The notes under the pieces: model-generated
The model's database searches: none
What the model saw: the letters and a program-made list of their open reading frames with translations, nothing else
Told to the model about the DNA's origin: nothing
Part shown: positions 18,106-30,951 of the stretch, in pieces
How positions within the stretch are numbered: the first letter of the stretch is position 1
How the letters are laid out: every line of letters starts with the position of its first letter
Assembly (NCBI GenBank): GCA_036396535.1
Contig: DASWKR010000028.1
Location: 17,434-81,433, forward strand
DNA length: 64,000 bases
Source of the DNA: Acidimicrobiia bacterium
Lineage (GTDB): Bacteria > Actinomycetota > Acidimicrobiia > Spongiisociales > UBA5794
Direction: 5' to 3'
Translations under genes and position numbers: made by a program

Positions 18106-19253
18106 CGGAGTGCCTCCTCGGCTCGGAACCGGCGCACGTTCAGGATCAGGATCGGCACCACGGCAACGAACAGCACCACGGCGAGGGCAGCTCCGACGCC
18201 GTTGTTGCGGTTCGTGAAGAACTCCTGGACCATCTGTTGCGCGACGACCTGGGTGCCCTCACGGCCTCCGGTCATCACCCACACGATGTCGAACACCTTC
18301 CACACCGTGATGACGACGGTCGTCCACACCACCACGACCGTGGAGAAGATCGACGGGAACACGACCCGCCAGAACGACTGCCACTCTGTAGCCCCGTCGA
18401 TCCGTGCCGCCTCGAGCAATTCCTCGGGCACACCTTTGACCGCGGACGAGAGGATGACCATCGAGAACCCGGTCTGTAGCCACACCAAGATCACCATGAG
18501 GTACAGGTTGTTCCAAGGCCGTTGGGCCAGCCAGTTCGTCGCTTCGTTGCCGATCGACGTCCAGATGGCGTTGAGGATGCCGATCTGGTCTCCGAACCCC
18601 TCCGGCCTGAAGCTGTACACGAACGTCCACACGACGCTCGCCCCGACGAACGAGATCGCCATCGGGAGGAAGATGAGCGACTTCGTGGCCGACTCGATAC
18701 GCCTGCCGAGCTTGTCGGCGAGCGTGGCGAACGCCAGTCCGATGCCGACCGCTGCCAGCGGGACGACCAGCACCCAAATGGCGCTGTTGCGCAGCGAGAC
18801 CAGGTATTCGCTCTCCGTGAAGATTCGCACGTAGTTGTCGAAACCGACGAACGACTCGCTCCGGGCATCCTGGAACGAGATGATCGTGGTGTTGATCGCC
18901 GGGTAGACCAGGTAGAAGGCCAGCAGCACGAGAGCCGGTCCTACGAAAGCGAAGGGGCGGACGCCGATCCCCGCCTTCAGCGGGAGCCGGTCGACCAGGC
19001 GGTCCATCCCCCAGTAGAGGGCCCAGACGCCTCCGATGCCGACAACGAGGGCCACCAACACCTGTATGGCCTTGTTGGCCTCCTCGTCCTTGAGGAACCC
19101 GAAAGCGAAGAAGAAGACCACGATGACGACCGGGACGACGAGCGCTGTAGCGATCCTGAGAGCCCAGACGCCCAAGCCTCCCGGCTGCTCGAGCTCCCTC
19201 AAAGGCGTCGACGTGACCGGCTCGTCCGGAGTCGTTACCGGTGGTGTCGTCAT
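18102..19253 (-). CDS. carbohydrate ABC transporter permease (MalF-like)
   Basis: EAA-like motif EAARIDGATEWQSFWRVVFP, with a long N-terminal segment and 6 TM. Confidence 0.9.
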   Translation of the reverse strand: MTTPPVTTPDEPVTSTPLRELEQPGGLGVWALRIATALVVPVVIVVFFFAFGFLKDEEANKAIQVLVALVVGIGGVWALYWGMDRLVDRLPLKAGIGVRPFAFVGPALVLLAFYLVYPAINTTIISFQDARSESFVGFDNYVRIFTESEYLVSLRNSAIWVLVVPLAAVGIGLAFATLADKLGRRIESATKSLIFLPMAISFVGASVVWTFVYSFRPEGFGDQIGILNAIWTSIGNEATNWLAQRPWNNLYLMVILVWLQTGFSMVILSSAVKGVPEELLEAARIDGATEWQSFWRVVFPSIFSTVVVVWTTVVITVWKVFDIVWVMTGGREGTQVVAQQMVQEFFTNRNNGVGAALAVVLFVAVVPILILNVRRFRAEEALR

Positions 19254-19351
19254 CGCACCTCCCTCCTCAATCGCCTCAGAGCCAAGACCATAGCGAAAGG
19301 GAGGGGCGGCCTGCAGGCCGCCCCTCCCAGAGGTTGCTCAGTCGATTCGGC

Positions 19352-20734
19352 TCACGGCCAGCTCGCCTCAACGGCGTCCACGACTTCCTGGGTCGACGTG
19401 CCACGGCTCCAGTTCACGATGCCCTCCCAGAACGAGCCCTGGCCAACGGCCGCAGGCATCAGGTCTGAGGCATCGAACACGAACGTGTTCGCAGCCAGAG
19501 CATCGGTCACCGAAGCGGCGAACGCCTTCGCCGCGTCGGAGTCGTAGCAGTTCGAGTCGACGTCCTTGTGGCCTGGGAGCCGCTCGACGCCGGCCACACC
19601 GTGGCCACCGTGCACGGCGATACCGCCGCCGGTCTCAGACGCCAACGTGCACTGCCACTCGGGCGTGATCCAGTCGGTGATCGCCTGGACGGTGGCATCG
19701 TCGCCCTCGAAGACGATGATCGTGTCACCGCCGCCCATGGCGCCCGGGTTGCCGTCGATCGTCGGGAACGGGAACGTGGCGATCTCATCCGCCTCGCCCT
19801 CCTCGAAGCCCGGGGCCTGCTCGAACACGTTCGAGATGAACGAACCCTGCTTCAGCATGAGACATCCCGGCGGGTCATCGAACAGCGGTGCCGGCGAGTC
19901 GTTGAAGTTCACGCCTGCCGCGTTCTCCGGACCACCGAGGACGAAACCCTCGCCGAAGAAGATCTCGCCGAATGTGTCAAACGCAGAGGCCACGGCGGGA
20001 TCGCTGAACGGGATCTCGTGGTTGAACCAATCGGCATAGGTCTGGGCGCCCGCCTCGCGAACGAGGATGTCCTCGATCCAGTCGGTACCCGGCCAGCCGG
20101 TCGCGTCACCGCTCTCGAAGCCGAAGCACCACGGCGTCATGCCGTCGGCGACGATCTGCGCGGAGAGTGCGACCATGTCCTCGTACGTCTCAGGAATCGC
20201 GTAACCCTGCTCTTCGAACGTCGGGACGTGATAGAACACGATCGACTTGAAGTTCGGGAACCACGGAACCCCGTAGTGGTTGCCGTCGGCGCACAGGCCG
20301 AGATCCATCCAGAACTTGGAGTGATTCGCCTCCATCTCGGCGATGTCGAACCCCATGTCCTCGAGCGACACGAGTGCACCCTCGTCCGCAAACTCGCAGA
20401 TCGAGCCCGGCTGCGGCACGAATGCCACTTCGGGCGGGTTGCCACCGTCGACCTGGATCCGCAGCTCCTGCTCGAACCCGTCGGATCCGATGACTGTGAT
20501 GTTCGAGTCTGTCGTCTCGTTGTAGACGCCGACGAACCCCTCGAGTGCTTCGAGCTCGACGCCCGTCGGTGCACCGAAGATCGTGAATTCGGCTCCCACC
20601 GTCATGTCCTCGCCGGCAGTCGTCGTCGTTCCGTCGTCACCCGCCCCGGCCGTGGTCGTCGTGCCGCCGTCGCCGCATGCGACCGCAATGATCGCGAATA
20701 CGGCGAGCAGCACCAGCCACTTGGTCTGCTTCAT
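19352..20734 (-). CDS. ABC transporter sugar-binding lipoprotein (family 1 solute-binding protein)
   Basis: MKQTKWLVLLAVFAIIAVACGDGG has a lipobox. It is the first gene of the SBP-permease-permease operon. The ATG is at residue 14 of the listed ORF. Confidence 0.85.
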   Translation of the reverse strand: MKQTKWLVLLAVFAIIAVACGDGGTTTTAGAGDDGTTTTAGEDMTVGAEFTIFGAPTGVELEALEGFVGVYNETTDSNITVIGSDGFEQELRIQVDGGNPPEVAFVPQPGSICEFADEGALVSLEDMGFDIAEMEANHSKFWMDLGLCADGNHYGVPWFPNFKSIVFYHVPTFEEQGYAIPETYEDMVALSAQIVADGMTPWCFGFESGDATGWPGTDWIEDILVREAGAQTYADWFNHEIPFSDPAVASAFDTFGEIFFGEGFVLGGPENAAGVNFNDSPAPLFDDPPGCLMLKQGSFISNVFEQAPGFEEGEADEIATFPFPTIDGNPGAMGGGDTIIVFEGDDATVQAITDWITPEWQCTLASETGGGIAVHGGHGVAGVERLPGHKDVDSNCYDSDAAKAFAASVTDALAANTFVFDASDLMPAAVGQGSFWEGIVNWSRGTSTQEVVDAVEASWP

Positions 20735-20939
20735 GTGTCTATCCCTCCGGATTGTTTCCTCCGCCCACCGCAAAGCCGCGGGCAGTCAGCCAAGTTAGAG
20801 CAATATTCCCTTCGAGGCGAACAAACCTGCGACCAGGAGGTGGAGCAGACCCGGGCGACGCCCGCGCCGGCCGAGACCGTTGGGATCCGGCGGCGGTCGC
20901 CACCAGGGTGCCGGCATCGCCGGTCCTAGTGTTGTCTCG

Positions 20940-21623
20940 ATGGACTCGGCAGAGATCGACGGCGTGCTCGAGGCGGCGGAACGATCGGTGTTTGCAGGCA
21001 GCGGGCTCTCCGGGACCAGGTTCTGGGGAGCCGTTGCGCTGGTCAAAGCCGACCGCCCGCTCGTCGATCGATACGCCGACCGGATCGCCGCCATCGACCA
21101 GGAAGCTCTGCAGCGTTGGGCGATGCTCACGGTGCCGCTCGGTCTCGGCACCACGCTCATGTCCATAGCCACGCTCGCGGGTTTGGCGCTCGTCGGGTGG
21201 ACGTACGCACTGGACGGTCTTCCGGCGGTGGCCGTCTTCGCCGTCGGGCTCGGAGCGCTGCTCGTGACGACGCACGGTCTCGCCCACCTCGTGGTCGGCC
21301 GCCTTGCCGGCATCCGGTTCACGACATGGTTCGTGGGTCCGTTGTCCGTGCCGCTGACGGGTGGGGTCAAGATCGACTACGGCACCTACCTCAGGGCGGC
21401 CGCCAAACGCCGGGCCTGGATGCACGCCTCGGGCGCCATCGTCACGAAGCTCGTCCCGTTCGCCCTCGTCGGCGCGGCCATCGCCGCCGATCTCCCTGCC
21501 TGGGCAGTCTGGGGGGTGATCGCGCTCGGAGTCGCCAACGTCGTTCTCGACCTCGTGTGGTCGACGAAGCGCTCGGATTGGAAGCGCTTCCGACGTGAGA
21601 TGACATTCGCCCGCTCGGCCTGA
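20940..21623 (+). CDS. hypothetical integral membrane protein
   Basis: Multiple TM segments (LGLGTTLMSIATLAGLALVGW..., AVAVFAVGLGALLV..., LVPFALVGAAIAADLPAWAVWGVIALGVANVVL). It is the only plausible frame here. The start is uncertain (tool start 20880). Confidence 0.5.
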   Translation: MDSAEIDGVLEAAERSVFAGSGLSGTRFWGAVALVKADRPLVDRYADRIAAIDQEALQRWAMLTVPLGLGTTLMSIATLAGLALVGWTYALDGLPAVAVFAVGLGALLVTTHGLAHLVVGRLAGIRFTTWFVGPLSVPLTGGVKIDYGTYLRAAAKRRAWMHASGAIVTKLVPFALVGAAIAADLPAWAVWGVIALGVANVVLDLVWSTKRSDWKRFRREMTFARSA

Positions 21624-21635
21624 CCGGCGGGCCTG

Positions 21636-22304
21636 CTACGCCTCGCCGGGCTGTGCAGCCAAGCCGTCTCCGGTTGCGACACGAGCGGCGACCACCTCGT
21701 GCCAGCGGAGCATCATCGCCCCGACCGGATCGGCGTGATCGATGAAGTCGAGAGCATCGAGTGGCTCCTCGATCCACATCGTCAGGGCGGTTCGCTTGAA
21801 GCGAGGCTCCGACTTGGAGAGCACGTTCTCGGTGCCGACGATGGCGATCGGCACGACGGGCGCTCCGGTGAGCAGCGACAGCCACGCGGCCCCATTCGCC
21901 GGGTGATCCGTCCCCCACTGCTCGACTCTCCTCCCCTCCGGGAAGACGACGAGCGGCTCGCCCTGCTCGAGCCTGGCGATCCCCTCCCGGAGGGCGGCGA
22001 TGGGTGGCCGACCTCGCGGCGTCGGCACGGCGCCGAAGAACCGCGTCATTCGATCGAACCCCGCCGACTTCCCGAACAGCTCGTCGATGGCGAGGTAATA
22101 CGAGCGGCGCCCCGCGGCGAGCGTGACGATCACGGGGTCGATGAACGACAAGTGGTTGGCGGACAGGATCACCGGCCCCGCTTTCGGCATGTGCTCCCGA
22201 CCGCGGACCTCCAGGCGCCACCACGCCTTCGAGAACCACCCGACCGGGTGGCGCAGGACCACGACGGCGGCCCGGGCGACCTCGTTGGCGTCAGGTAGCC
22301 GCAC
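21636..22304 (-). CDS. plsC: 1-acyl-sn-glycerol-3-phosphate acyltransferase (PlsC family)
   Basis: HxxxxD motif NHLSFIDP and an FPEGRR motif. Confidence 0.85.
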   Translation of the reverse strand: MRLPDANEVARAAVVVLRHPVGWFSKAWWRLEVRGREHMPKAGPVILSANHLSFIDPVIVTLAAGRRSYYLAIDELFGKSAGFDRMTRFFGAVPTPRGRPPIAALREGIARLEQGEPLVVFPEGRRVEQWGTDHPANGAAWLSLLTGAPVVPIAIVGTENVLSKSEPRFKRTALTMWIEEPLDALDFIDHADPVGAMMLRWHEVVAARVATGDGLAAQPGEA

Positions 22305-23343
22305 CGAGATCCGCGAAGAGGTTGGCGAAGGCGAGCTGGGGGCGCTGGTTGGCGGCGAGAGCCTCGACGGTTTCGAGCACCCGTTCGGCGTTGGCGACGG
22401 CCGTCGTCGGGAGGACCCTGGTGAGCGAGGCCGCCGACACGTCCATGTTCCTGACCGGGGCTCCGAACTGGGCGGCGGCGACGTCGCGATAGAAACCGGC
22501 GAGGATCTCGAGGCCAGACACGTAGAGAGCGGATGTGGCTCTCTTCACCTCGCGGTCGTGGCGATCCTTCACGACCCTCCCGGCATCGCCGGCGGCATCC
22601 GTCTCTGTGCCCTGCCTCTCCCTGAGGGCCGCCAGCAGTGGCTCGGCGGCTGCCTGGACCGCATCGGCGAGCTGGAAGGCCCTGGCGGGATGCTCCGCCA
22701 GCTTTTCGGGTATCGAGAGCCACACCTTCCTGAACTCGGCGACCTCCGGCCGCGTGGCCAGCGCGATCGCCAGCCCGGGCCGCCCGCCGGAGATACGAGC
22801 CGCTCGGTCGGCCTGTCCCGACTCGACGCCGCGAGCGGCGAGGCCGGCCGATACGTCGTCCTCGCCGACCCGCCCGAACACGACAGTCCTGCATCGGCTG
22901 GCCACGGTGTCCGGGAGGTCGTCGACGGATTCGGCGACGATGATGAAGACGGTCGACGGTGTCGGCTCCTCGAGCGTCTTGAGGAGGGCGTTGGCGGCTT
23001 CGTCGTTCATGGCGCCTCCCTCCTCGAACACGAACACCTTCCTCTCGGCCTGGAGGGGGGTGAGGGAGGCGTGTGAGACCGTGAGCCTCGCCTGATCGAC
23101 GGTGATGGCGGCCTTGCCGTCCGGCTCGACGACGACGAGGTCCGGGTGCACCCCGGCGAGCACCCGCCGGATCCCGTCATCGTCGCCCCGGCACAAGAGG
23201 TCGGCCGAGAAGCGTCGGGCAACCGTCGCCTTCCCGACCGACTCGGGCCCGACGAAGAGGTACGCCTGCGCGGGAGCGTCGACCTCGGAGGCGAGCAGGG
23301 CCAGCACCTGGGCGTGGCCTATGACTCCGTCGAATGTCCCCAT
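22291..23343 (-). CDS. holB: DNA polymerase III subunit delta'
   Basis: YLFVGPESVGKAT Walker-A-like, SRC-type TVASRCRTVVF. It is in the conserved position next to tmk. Confidence 0.85.
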   Translation of the reverse strand: MGTFDGVIGHAQVLALLASEVDAPAQAYLFVGPESVGKATVARRFSADLLCRGDDDGIRRVLAGVHPDLVVVEPDGKAAITVDQARLTVSHASLTPLQAERKVFVFEEGGAMNDEAANALLKTLEEPTPSTVFIIVAESVDDLPDTVASRCRTVVFGRVGEDDVSAGLAARGVESGQADRAARISGGRPGLAIALATRPEVAEFRKVWLSIPEKLAEHPARAFQLADAVQAAAEPLLAALRERQGTETDAAGDAGRVVKDRHDREVKRATSALYVSGLEILAGFYRDVAAAQFGAPVRNMDVSAASLTRVLPTTAVANAERVLETVEALAANQRPQLAFANLFADLGAAT

Positions 23344-23942
23344 GACCGTTCCTTCAGCTCCTCGAGCACCTCGGAGACGACGCCGGCGACATTCTGGTCG
23401 GCATCGACGACGAGAAATCGGTCAGGCTCGGCTGCAGCCAGCGAATCGAAGCCGTCGGCGACCGACTGCTGGAAGTCGTGACCCTCCGACCCGATCCGAT
23501 CGGGCTCATGCTGGCGTTCGATCCCCCTCGAGGCGGGTACCCGGAGCAACACGACGACATCCGGCCACGCCGCCAGCCCGGGCTCGTTGATCGCCCGCAC
23601 CTCCTCGACGCCGAGCCCCCGGCCGACGCCTTGGTAGGCGAGCGACGAGTAGACACTGCGGTCGGAGAGCACCCAACGACCGACGGCCAGCGCCGGGGCG
23701 ACGACCCGGCGCGTCAGCTGGGCGCGTGCTGCCGCGAAGAGCAGCGCCTCCGCCCAAGGAGCGACCGGCTCGACACCGTTGAGGACGGCGTCGCGGATCA
23801 GCTCCCCCGTCGGGGTGCCTCCCGGCTCGCGCACGACGAGCACCGGCTCCCCCAGCTCGGTGAGGGCCGCTGCCACGAGGCGACACACCGTCGACTTGCC
23901 GGCCCCCTCGATCCCCTCGAACGCCACGTAGCGACCGCTCAC
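23319..23942 (-). CDS. tmk: thymidylate kinase
   Basis: FEGIEGAGKST P-loop, and DRSVYSSLAYQG. Confidence 0.9.
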   Translation of the reverse strand: MSGRYVAFEGIEGAGKSTVCRLVAAALTELGEPVLVVREPGGTPTGELIRDAVLNGVEPVAPWAEALLFAAARAQLTRRVVAPALAVGRWVLSDRSVYSSLAYQGVGRGLGVEEVRAINEPGLAAWPDVVVLLRVPASRGIERQHEPDRIGSEGHDFQQSVADGFDSLAAAEPDRFLVVDADQNVAGVVSEVLEELKERSWGHSTES

Positions 23943-25327
23943 TCGGAGTCCTCCTCCTCAGCGGACGACCTATGGCGGCTCCGCCTCGACGCCTCCTCCA
24001 GGAATTCACGGGTCGCCGGCTCCAGCACCGGCGTGCCGAACACGGTTCGCATGCTCCACAGCGTCACCAGGCCGGTCAGGACGATCACCGCTCCGCCCAG
24101 GAACATGACGGCTCGCGTAGGCGCATCGAGAGGCCCACCCAGGTCGAGTTTCGAGATGGCGCTGTCGAGCGGCACTGCGATGAGCATCGAACCGAAGAGG
24201 GCGATCCGCATGAGGGAGAACAACGAAGCGAAGATGCGGCCGCGCAGAGCGTCGTCGACCGTCTCGTGCAGGTGAGTCAGCCCCATGACGTACGCCGAGC
24301 CCGCCCCGAGCCCGAACAGGAAGATCCACCCAGAGGCCCCGAAGACCGTGGACGTGAGGGCGGCGGCGCACAGCCCGAAGCCGGTGACGAGCACCGAGAT
24401 CGCGAACGTCACGTCGCGGCGCAGCAGGCGGGCGCCGTAGAGGGACACCGACAGGAACCCGAGGCCGGCGCCGATGCCGAGCGTGGTCACCACTGCGAAG
24501 AAGCCCGTCGCCCCGGCGCGGAGCACGTCCTCGACGAACGGCTTCCCGATGACGATGATCACCCCGCCCCCGAACAGAGAGGCGGTGATACCGAGGATCA
24601 CCCGGCGCACCGTCCGCTCGGTCCAGAGGAACGCCAGCCCTTCGAAGAGGTCCTGCCGCGTCGATCCGGGTTGTCGACCGTGCGTCTTCGCTCTGTCGGC
24701 CAGCCCGCTCCGGAGCGTCGGCAGCGACAGGATGATGAGACCGGAGACGAGGAAGGTCGCCGCGTCGCTGAAGAACGCCAGCACGAACGGCGCCGTCTCG
24801 TCCGGAAAGAATTCTCCGCCCGGATTCGGGAGGGCGGTCACCAGCCAGTTGACCGCCGCGCCGATCGGGATCGTGCCGTAGGTGGCACCGAGAATCAGGC
24901 TGTTGGCGTTGACGAGATTCGCCCGGGCCACCAGGCGAGGCACGACGGCGGCGCGTGGCGACTGGCCGAGGAGGCTGAGAAGCTCCGAGACGACCCCGAT
25001 GAGGACGAGTAACGGCAGTGTCGTGGCGAACACGAGCATCGGGACGAGGAGCGCCCTGCCGAAGTCGGCGACCGCGATGAGGACTCGCCTGTCCACCCGA
25101 TCCGTGATGACGCCGACGGCGGCGCCGAACAAGAGTCCGGGGAGGATTCGCGAGAGCACGGCGAGGAGGATCCCTTGCCCGCCCGCGATCGTGTCCCCGA
25201 GGGCGATCGTGGCGAAGATCGTGATCCAGTCCCCCGTGCTGCTGATGACGCTCGTCCACCAGAGGCGGGCGAACGGTCCGCGGGTGACGAGAGAGAACGA
25301 CGAGCGGGCGGCCTCGGGGGAGGTCAT
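23939..25327 (-). CDS. MFS transporter
   Basis: 12-14 predicted TM helices. It ends in an acidic/Ser-rich tail. Confidence 0.8.
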   Translation of the reverse strand: MTSPEAARSSFSLVTRGPFARLWWTSVISSTGDWITIFATIALGDTIAGGQGILLAVLSRILPGLLFGAAVGVITDRVDRRVLIAVADFGRALLVPMLVFATTLPLLVLIGVVSELLSLLGQSPRAAVVPRLVARANLVNANSLILGATYGTIPIGAAVNWLVTALPNPGGEFFPDETAPFVLAFFSDAATFLVSGLIILSLPTLRSGLADRAKTHGRQPGSTRQDLFEGLAFLWTERTVRRVILGITASLFGGGVIIVIGKPFVEDVLRAGATGFFAVVTTLGIGAGLGFLSVSLYGARLLRRDVTFAISVLVTGFGLCAAALTSTVFGASGWIFLFGLGAGSAYVMGLTHLHETVDDALRGRIFASLFSLMRIALFGSMLIAVPLDSAISKLDLGGPLDAPTRAVMFLGGAVIVLTGLVTLWSMRTVFGTPVLEPATREFLEEASRRSRHRSSAEEEDSE

Positions 25328-25398
25328 CGGGCCAGGCTAGGTCGACCGGGTCGAAGTTCGACTCAACCCGAGCAAGGTGACCCGAGCGGGACGGCCAC

Positions 25399-28110
<2,712 letters not shown>

Positions 28111-28273
28111 AGGGAGTTCCGTGACCGGGGCAATGGGCCCCTGACTGGAGAAACGGAGTGCAGTTGTATCGAAGGCCTGGACGTCTTGTCAAGACCACGC
28201 ATCGACACCTGCCGTCGAAGACTGAACAGAGTCGCACGGCACTTCCATGTGCCGGACCCAACGTGACCTGGCG

Positions 28274-29350
28274 TTATCCCTGCTCCGTCGAAGTGAGGAG
28301 CCCGGCTTTGAGGCGCTCGGCGACGAGCTCCCAGCGGAAGCGGGACAACACCAGCTCCCTGCCGCGTCCGCCGAACTCACGGGCAGCCGGCATGAGCAGC
28401 TCGATCGCCTCCGCGATGGCGGCAGGTGATGTGGCGATGTAGCCCGACTCGCCGGGGATCAACGTCTCGGGCGCCCCGCCGGAGTCGCCCGCGATCACGG
28501 GAAGCCCCGATGCCGCCGCCTCCAGGAACACCAGCCCGAGCCCTTCGATCTCGAGCCCGCCCCACCGCGACCGGCACGGCATGGCGAAGACGTCCATCTG
28601 GCGGTACAGGCCCGGGAGGTCTTCCCACGGCACTGCCACCTCGAACCTGACGGGCACGGCTTCGTGGACCGCCAACTTGCGGAGCCGCTGCTCCGTCCTG
28701 CCCTTCCCCACCAGGAGCAGGTCGACCTCGACGCCACGCCGGTGCAGCAGCGCCACGGCCCTGATGAGGCGGTCCTGGCCCTTGCGGGGCACGAAACGAC
28801 TGACGCAGCCGACGACGAAGGACCCGCCGTCCTTCGTCCCGGGGTGGAACGCCTCATGATCCACCCCGGCGCCCAGGTACACCACCTCCCGTCCGGTGAG
28901 CGCTCCCACGGCGCGGCGGGTGTACTCCGACACGGCGAACACCACGTCGGCCTGCCTGAGCCATCCGGCGAGGGCCTGCCTGGCGCCGGGCACCGCCGCC
29001 GGGATCGTCACCTCGGCGCCGTGACAGATGACGCCGAATGGGACATGGAGCCGGCGGCGGAGCTCTGCACCGAGCCTCGGAAGCGGGTGAGGGGCGCCGA
29101 AGAGGATCGCATCCGGGCGGAAAGGGGCCGCCTGCTCGACGATCCATCGGGCGAGGCTCTTCGTCGGCCACATGAAACGCCGCCGATTCCGCACCACTGC
29201 GGCTTCGCCGCGTCTCGTGCCGGCTGCTGCGTCGTCGGCTGGCGCGACGACCAGCAACTCACCGTCGAAGGCATCGAGGGCGTTGCCGAGATACTGCTGG
29301 ATGCCGCCGGGCTTCGGCGGGTAGTCGTTCGTGATGACGAGGAGCCGCAT
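28274..29350 (-). CDS. GT4-family glycosyltransferase (PimB/MgtA-like mannosyltransferase)
   Basis: MRLLVITNDYPPKPGGIQQYL (compare mycobacterial LLVTNDFPPRRGGIQSYL) plus a C-terminal GT4 EX7E-region (FLEAAASGLPVIAGDSGGAPE). The start is an internal ATG (29348-29350) overlapping the upstream gene stop by ATGA. Confidence 0.85.
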   Translation of the reverse strand: MRLLVITNDYPPKPGGIQQYLGNALDAFDGELLVVAPADDAAAGTRRGEAAVVRNRRRFMWPTKSLARWIVEQAAPFRPDAILFGAPHPLPRLGAELRRRLHVPFGVICHGAEVTIPAAVPGARQALAGWLRQADVVFAVSEYTRRAVGALTGREVVYLGAGVDHEAFHPGTKDGGSFVVGCVSRFVPRKGQDRLIRAVALLHRRGVEVDLLLVGKGRTEQRLRKLAVHEAVPVRFEVAVPWEDLPGLYRQMDVFAMPCRSRWGGLEIEGLGLVFLEAAASGLPVIAGDSGGAPETLIPGESGYIATSPAAIAEAIELLMPAAREFGGRGRELVLSRFRWELVAERLKAGLLTSTEQG

Positions 29351-30693
29351 CAGGCGACGAAGTGGGGGGCGAGGTTCCAGTCGACGAGCCGCCGCCCGTT
29401 GGCCGAGTACACGACGCGCGAGAAGGCGGTGTTGTCCATCGAGGCGAGCCGGTGGCGGTTGGCGGGACCCATGCCGAGGAGGCCGGACGCGAATGCCCGC
29501 AGCGCCCCGCCGTGCGAGACGATGCCGACCGTCTGACCCCGGTGATTGGCGGCGATCTCGTCGATGGCGGTCGTGACCCGCTGGCGGACGCCCGCAAACG
29601 CCTCGCCGGATCCGCCGCGGATGACGTGCTCGTCTCCTGCTCGCAGCAGAGCCAGACCCTCCGGGTCGCGCTCGCCGATCTCGTCGACCGTCAGGCCCTC
29701 CCACGAGCCGAACCCGATCTCCTTGAGGTCCTCGACCTGGACCGGTTGCATGCTGAGGGAGTCGGCGACCGCCTCTGCCGTGTGGACGGCGCGCGCCAGG
29801 GGCGACGAGTAGATCGCATCCAGCCGAGGCAGGTGGGCGCCCACCGATCGGATCTGCCGACTGCCGCGCTCCGTGAGCTCGCCGGGCTGGTGCCCCTGCC
29901 ACCTGCCCTCGATGTTGGCGACGGTCTCGCCGTGCCTGATCAGGATCAAGTGGGTCTCCTGATCGGAAGGCATCGGAACGTGGTCCGGGAGCAGGTGGGT
30001 CGAGTCGTTGTACCGCACGAGCCGGATGCCATGTGGGTCGGGCGTGAGGGTGACGACCGCCGTGTTGAACGGCAGCGCCAACGGGGCAGGCCGTGACGTG
30101 CCGAGCAGCTGCGAGGCGAGAGTGAGGATTGCGAGGCCGTGACTCACGACCAGAGCCCGCCCCGACTCGCCGACGCGCCGGACGAGGTCGCCGAGGGCGT
30201 TGCCCAGCCTGACCGCGGTGTCCGTGAGGCGTTCGCCGCCCCCGAGCTCGACGTCGTCGCCTGCCAGCAGCCTGCGGATACGCTCCGGCTCCCGTTCAGA
30301 GATCTGCTCGAACGTGAGCCCCTCCCACGAGCCGATGTTCGGCTCTCTCCAGCGAGGATCGACCTCAGGAACGAGTCCCATCGCCGCCGCGGTCGCCTCG
30401 GCTCGGCCGAGATCGGACGAGGCGACGATGTCGAAGCGCTCGGAGGCGAATCGCAGCCGGAGCCGCTCGAGTTGCACTTCACCCTCCGGCGAGAACGGCG
30501 CGTTCGTCGATCCCTGCCACACCCTGGTGCGATTGGCCGTGGTCTCGGCGTGTCTCACGAGCACGATCTCAGGCGGCAAGGGGCTCTCCGGGAGGGCGGG
30601 ATGCGGAACATACCACGGGCTTTCCGATGCCCTTCTCCCCTTTCTGGGTATCACGGGCCGGCGGGCCGCATCGTCTGGCGGAAGGAGGCTCAT
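29350..30693 (-). CDS. tandem-domain histidine phosphatase (two phosphoglycerate-mutase-family domains in one polypeptide)
   Basis: Two RHG cores, LVRHAETTANR and LIRHGETVANIEGR, each followed by its own catalytic His (SHG) region. The start is uncertain: ATG 30693 or a GTG near 30558-30564 giving MLVRHAET. Confidence 0.8.
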   Translation of the reverse strand: MSLLPPDDAARRPVIPRKGRRASESPWYVPHPALPESPLPPEIVLVRHAETTANRTRVWQGSTNAPFSPEGEVQLERLRLRFASERFDIVASSDLGRAEATAAAMGLVPEVDPRWREPNIGSWEGLTFEQISEREPERIRRLLAGDDVELGGGERLTDTAVRLGNALGDLVRRVGESGRALVVSHGLAILTLASQLLGTSRPAPLALPFNTAVVTLTPDPHGIRLVRYNDSTHLLPDHVPMPSDQETHLILIRHGETVANIEGRWQGHQPGELTERGSRQIRSVGAHLPRLDAIYSSPLARAVHTAEAVADSLSMQPVQVEDLKEIGFGSWEGLTVDEIGERDPEGLALLRAGDEHVIRGGSGEAFAGVRQRVTTAIDEIAANHRGQTVGIVSHGGALRAFASGLLGMGPANRHRLASMDNTAFSRVVYSANGRRLVDWNLAPHFVA

Positions 30694-30695
30694 AC

Positions 30696-30905
30696 ATGCA
30701 AGAAGAGCAGAGGTTCGTGCTCCCGTTCCCCGCCGCCGCCCAGGTGAAGGGACTCGAGGAGTTGGCGAGGATGCGGTCCCACCGCCGAAGCGGCGCAGGC
30801 ATGCTCAGCCGGGCCAAGGCGTTGGTGGCGGCCGCGAGACGGGTGCGCCGCGCCGCCGTGCCGGCCACGGTCGAGGTGGAGCACCCGGCATCGGTGGCCC
30901 GGTAG
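30696..30905 (+). CDS. small basic protein, possible ribbon-helix-helix DNA-binding protein (69 aa)
   Basis: A perfect SD GGAAGGAGG sits 7 nt upstream of ATG 30696. The predicted protein is MQEEQRFVLPFPAAAQVKGLEELARMRSHRRSGAGMLSRAKALVAAARR (beta-strand plus two helices). Confidence 0.45.
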   Translation: MQEEQRFVLPFPAAAQVKGLEELARMRSHRRSGAGMLSRAKALVAAARRVRRAAVPATVEVEHPASVAR

Positions 30906-30951
30906 GGCAGCCCGGCCAGGAGGGTTGGCGTCGGGCCGGTAGGGTGAGCCG

